A stretch of 64,000 nt of DNA from Patescibacteria group bacterium (GTDB taxonomy: Bacteria > Patescibacteriota > Minisyncoccia > Phycocordibacterales > Phycocordibacteraceae). A program made the position numbers and the translations under genes. The notes beneath the pieces were generated by a model. It saw nothing but the letters and a program-made list of their open reading frames with translations, ran no database searches and was not told the DNA's origin. The stretch lies in the NCBI GenBank assembly GCA_019744845.1, contig JAIETW010000001.1, positions 354,859 to 418,858 of the forward strand, read 5' to 3'. Shown in pieces: positions 60,357-64,000 of the stretch. Numbering within the stretch: position 1 is the stretch's first letter; each line of letters begins with the position of its first letter.

Positions 60357-60953
60357 CTATTTGAATCCAAGGTGTTTGCGGTACACCGCGAAAATGAGCG
60401 CGATGTTCGCGATAAGGAGATAAATCTGGAATGCAGAGTTCTCAATATTCCACACAGGGATAGACGGCAAGACGAGGAGCACCGCCACGAGGCCCGCCAC
60501 ATAGGTAATCTTAGTTTCCGTTTCTGGAAACTTCCACGCCTTAATAATGGTAGGAAGTGCCGCGAATCCATCGGCAATCGCAAGAAAGAGAATTGCTATC
60601 ACTGGTGAGTTCGCAAATCCCCAAAATCCAAGCGCCACAACCGCAAACGCTCCGCAAAAATAATCAAAGAGGGTGAGCTTCCAATAGCTTTGTGGATTTA
60701 CAAATGATACGAAAAATACAATGAGTGGGATAAGCCCTGAAATAAAGACACGCACCGTGGCCCAGAAATCTGCTCCTGCAGAAATAGCGGCTGCTCCACC
60801 AAGCAGTGGCGCGAATGCCCAGAGTGCATAGGACACGCGGTTTGGCTTCGTGGTGCCACGAAGGGTATCCCGTATGTACGCACTGGCGCCTGCGATACTA
60901 ATACAGGCGCTCAGTATCACCAGCCAATGCACGAACGCAATTTCTAGAACCAT
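60357..60953 (-). CDS. Polytopic integral membrane protein (hypothetical)
   Basis: 198 aa with 5-6 TM helices. Sits in the putative T4SS module. Confidence 0.4.
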   Translation of the reverse strand: MVLEIAFVHWLVILSACISIAGASAYIRDTLRGTTKPNRVSYALWAFAPLLGGAAAISAGADFWATVRVFISGLIPLIVFFVSFVNPQSYWKLTLFDYFCGAFAVVALGFWGFANSPVIAILFLAIADGFAALPTIIKAWKFPETETKITYVAGLVAVLLVLPSIPVWNIENSAFQIYLLIANIALIFAVYRKHLGFK

Positions 60954-61660
60954 GGTTTTGGTTTGGGCCTATTGAGATTTGGCTGCGGTTGGGTGAGGTC
61001 CACCTGATCCGCCGCATCAATCTGCTTCTGACGATACTCGTCTTGGTATTGGGTATGAGATTTTCCTGTTCTCTTTTGTGACTGTGCTTCCGCCGCATCA
61101 GCTAACGGAGAATTCGCTTCGTACATATCTGCACGCATACGTTCATATCTTTTTTGCGCAAATCCCGCAATACGTTTGTGTTTCCGCATAAACTCTCCGA
61201 GTTTCTCGTCACTCACATCTTGTAGGTCTCCGAGCGTCGCCTGCGCACGACTGACGAGGATAATGGCGACTACCCCAAGCGTAATTGCAGGAATTGCGTT
61301 GATTACCGGTATGACTTCAATCACAAACGTGGCCATGTGAATAAGCATTCGGATCGCAAACGCTTTCATTTTTTCTCCTCCACGCACATGTAAAAGAGCA
61401 AACCAGATCAAAAATACACACTGCGCAAGAAACCCTATGAAAAAAGAAAGTACGAGCGCTGCGGCGGTCCCAAGAAGCGGGATCACGTGGAGAAAATTGG
61501 TACCCGCTTGGGCCATATCAAACCCAAGCGCAACAATAATCATTAGGAGCGCAAGCGTGATACTTATGCGCGCTTTTTCAGTAACGACGGAACTAAGATC
61601 TTCCCGCGAAGGACCCGACTGGTCGTCTCCCGGCAGTGATTGGCGTGCAGGCTCCGCCAT
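60944..61660 (-). CDS. Integral membrane protein immediately downstream of the VirB4-like gene (possible VirB6/TrbL-type channel component, speculative)
   Basis: 238 aa with 4 TM helices and a charged, Gln-rich C-terminal tail. Confidence 0.35.
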   Translation of the reverse strand: MAEPARQSLPGDDQSGPSREDLSSVVTEKARISITLALLMIIVALGFDMAQAGTNFLHVIPLLGTAAALVLSFFIGFLAQCVFLIWFALLHVRGGEKMKAFAIRMLIHMATFVIEVIPVINAIPAITLGVVAIILVSRAQATLGDLQDVSDEKLGEFMRKHKRIAGFAQKRYERMRADMYEANSPLADAAEAQSQKRTGKSHTQYQDEYRQKQIDAADQVDLTQPQPNLNRPKPKPWF

Positions 61661-61663
61661 AGG

Positions 61664-63484
61664 CTACGCGCCTCCGAGGCGATCTTTCTCTTTCTTAATC
61701 GCAAGAAGCTGAGAAGGATCAGAGGTGATGATCTGGTCTTCGGTATAGGAGGCGACGATACGAATGGCGACGTGCTTCAACCCCGCAAAGAAGAGTCCCT
61801 CGCCCACCCCAGACTCTAGAAGAAGAAACTTCTCTTCTTCGGTAAGATTGAAAGTATCCTTCAGGGTATCAATGGTGGTTGGTGACTGTTTCAAGAGAAG
61901 CTGGATAGAGGAGTTCGTGAGAATTGGACGACCATAGGGACTACGCAAGAAGTCTTCCACATCCTGCGTGATAGTAGAGACCCCGAGATAGTATTTACGT
62001 CCGCGCTTTGCGAGTGAGTACAAGAATGACGCCGTGTCTTCGGATTTCATCATCCACCATGCCTCGTCAATCACGAGAAGGCGCTTCTTGAGTTCATGAC
62101 GCACCGCGTTCCAGATGAAGTGGGTAACGATGTACATCGCAACTGGCTTCAACTCATCCTCCATATCACGCACCGAGAACACGATGAACTGTTTATTGAT
62201 GTCCACGTTCGTTGGCTGGTTCAAGAATCCAGACCAGGTGCCGTGGGTGTACTTAGACAAACGGGTTACGAGTGACTGACTTCCCTCCATACCAGAAAGC
62301 ACGCTCTCAAAGTCAGAAAGGAGTGGTGCTTCCATCCCCGTGAAGTCCGCATCCCCCGTAATATCCTTCAGTGCATAGGTTTCGGTGATCGCACGATCCA
62401 CGAGCGCGTCTTCCTCCGGGGTAAGTCCGCCTAGCATAATGCGGAAGAGACCAACCAAGTTAATGATGTTGGAGCGAAGAATATCGGAAGGTTCCTCATC
62501 TTCCTTCACCGGTGGCAAATCAAATGGATTAATGTGGTGCTCAGAAGAAAGAGAGATGTTAAACAAACGTCCTCCCGTTGCTTCGGCGAGATACTCGTAT
62601 TCGCGCTCAGGGTCAATCACAATGACGTCGGTATCAAACATAAGCGAACGGAGAATCTCGAGCTTCACCGCATAGGATTTACCCGAACCCGACTTCGCAA
62701 ACACGACTGAGTTGTAGTTTTCAAGTGAGAAACGATCAAAGAGAATCAGTGAGGCATTATGACGATTGATACCGTAGAGAATGCCGCGGTCACTCGTGAG
62801 GTCAAAGGACACAAACGGGAAGATAGATGAGAGGGGTGAGGAGTTCATCTTTGAATGCACTGCAAGTTCGTCTGAGGCAAGGGGAAGTGTGGAGCGGAAT
62901 CCTTGTTCCTGCTGGAAGAGTGCGGGCTTGGTGTAGACGAGCTTGGCGTCCAAAATACCTCGCACCTCTCCTTCTATTTTGTCGAGCTCCTCAGGAGTAG
63001 AGCCATAGATCGTGAGATACACGCCCACATCAAAGAGACGCTCCTCTGCCTGCTGCAGACGATCGCGAAGATTTTCCAAGTCCTGATACGCCGTATCAAG
63101 CATCGGATCCCGCACCAATCCCTTTTCCTGACGCTCGGTGATCTGGCTTTCTACTTCTGCCACCTTCCGCTGGAAGTTACGCAGCGCAGAGCCGGTCTCC
63201 ACTGGGTGAATATGAATACCAATATCAAACACACGAGGAAGGTTCACAATTGGTGTGAACCAACTATCGGTGAGATAGCGTGGGTAGGAAATCGTATAGA
63301 AGGAACGAGAATACTTCTCACCAAGTGCAAGAGATTTTGGCTCTACCTTAAGCGCTGCAGGGGCAATGGTATCCGCAAGATCAAGCGCTCCCGCCGCATA
63401 GATATCAGGCGGCAACACAGGAGCCATCGTCGCGAGCGCGCCTTCTTGTTTTTTCTTACGGTTGAGGAAGTCGAGAAGTGCCAT
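61664..63484 (-). CDS. virB4: Type IV secretion system ATPase, VirB4/TrbE/CagE family
   Basis: 606 aa. N-terminal CagE/TrbE/VirB domain, Walker A FAKSGSGKSY and Walker B LLVIDEAWWMM. Confidence 0.75.
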   Translation of the reverse strand: MALLDFLNRKKKQEGALATMAPVLPPDIYAAGALDLADTIAPAALKVEPKSLALGEKYSRSFYTISYPRYLTDSWFTPIVNLPRVFDIGIHIHPVETGSALRNFQRKVAEVESQITERQEKGLVRDPMLDTAYQDLENLRDRLQQAEERLFDVGVYLTIYGSTPEELDKIEGEVRGILDAKLVYTKPALFQQEQGFRSTLPLASDELAVHSKMNSSPLSSIFPFVSFDLTSDRGILYGINRHNASLILFDRFSLENYNSVVFAKSGSGKSYAVKLEILRSLMFDTDVIVIDPEREYEYLAEATGGRLFNISLSSEHHINPFDLPPVKEDEEPSDILRSNIINLVGLFRIMLGGLTPEEDALVDRAITETYALKDITGDADFTGMEAPLLSDFESVLSGMEGSQSLVTRLSKYTHGTWSGFLNQPTNVDINKQFIVFSVRDMEDELKPVAMYIVTHFIWNAVRHELKKRLLVIDEAWWMMKSEDTASFLYSLAKRGRKYYLGVSTITQDVEDFLRSPYGRPILTNSSIQLLLKQSPTTIDTLKDTFNLTEEEKFLLLESGVGEGLFFAGLKHVAIRIVASYTEDQIITSDPSQLLAIKKEKDRLGGA

Positions 63485-63486
63485 AG

Positions 63487-64000
63487 TTATGTGTGCTGTT
63501 CGCCAAGGCGAAGTGGCGTATCAAGCTCAGAGAGATTGAATGAACGATACAAAAGTTCAATGACTTCTTCCGTCTTAAGCGGGACCGCACGAAGTCCTGC
63601 GGACGCCAGCCCGCCGGCGACCAACGACATGCGCTGCTCAAGCTGCACGCGATACTCATCAAACGAATCTGTTTCCCCTTGGAGCCCTGAACTCTTTTTT
63701 GATCCAAGAAACGGCAGCCCCTTCCCCACATTCCCAATGACCGCGGGTGTAAATGGCACCACCACATAGAAGAGCTTCGTCATGACATCGGTCCCTTGAA
63801 TAAAGTTACCAATGAACTGAATGTACTCACGCAACTGGATGCGCATGAGTTCTGAGCTTTGTTTATCCAAACGTTCATTCAAGAGCGCGAGGTATGGACG
63901 AATATCCATCTTGCGAGAGTGCACGACAATCTCTACCGAGAAATCAAGGGTATTCAAAAAGGTTTGGAACCCGCCGATGATGGCACGCTGTTCGTCTGCA
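63487..64000 (-). CDS. Hypothetical protein, 5' end outside the window (frame is open to the edge; the listed M is a TTG)
   Basis: The frame stays open from 64000 down to the stop at 63487. It lies immediately upstream of the VirB4-like gene. Confidence 0.4.
   Translation of the reverse strand, partial: ADEQRAIIGGFQTFLNTLDFSVEIVVHSRKMDIRPYLALLNERLDKQSSELMRIQLREYIQFIGNFIQGTDVMTKLFYVVVPFTPAVIGNVGKGLPFLGSKKSSGLQGETDSFDEYRVQLEQRMSLVAGGLASAGLRAVPLKTEEVIELLYRSFNLSELDTPLRLGEQHT

Overview
The window is a 64 kb chromosomal segment of a small-genome bacterium, about 53-55% GC overall, and nearly all annotated genes lie on the minus strand. Gene content suggests a CPR/Patescibacteria-like lineage, which is an inference from the following points: no L30 gene between rpsE and rplO, a short archaeal-type PurA, a CofE-like gene, and type IV pilus plus type IV secretion genes in a genome with sparse metabolism. 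Main contents, from left to right: (i) a type IV pilus/competence locus (pilB partial, pilM, pilN, pilO, ComFC-like); (ii) housekeeping genes (purA, purD, malic enzyme, recG, ftsH); (iii) a cluster of secreted/cell-wall proteins, including an amidase with a peptidoglycan-binding domain; (iv) smpB followed by tmRNA (ssrA), then a low-GC 1.6 kb insert with two SAM-methyltransferase genes flanked by imperfect direct repeats that copy the tmRNA 3' end, its terminator and the downstream gene end; (v) an orphan-looking sensor kinase and a receiver-only response regulator; (vi) infC-rpmI-rplT; (vii) a second lower-GC block containing an Lnu/ANT(2'')-like nucleotidyltransferase and a GT2 glycosyltransferase; (viii) a large ribosomal-protein supercluster (rpsL-rpsG / fusA / tuf / rpsJ / rplC-rplD-rplW-rplB / rpsS...rplO-secY-adk-map) that is broken at four points by genes of unknown function with their own intrinsic terminators; (ix) a VirB4-type type IV secretion ATPase module at the right edge. 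RNA genes are tRNA-Ser(GCU), tRNA-Ile(UAU) and tmRNA. No rRNA and no CRISPR array were seen.
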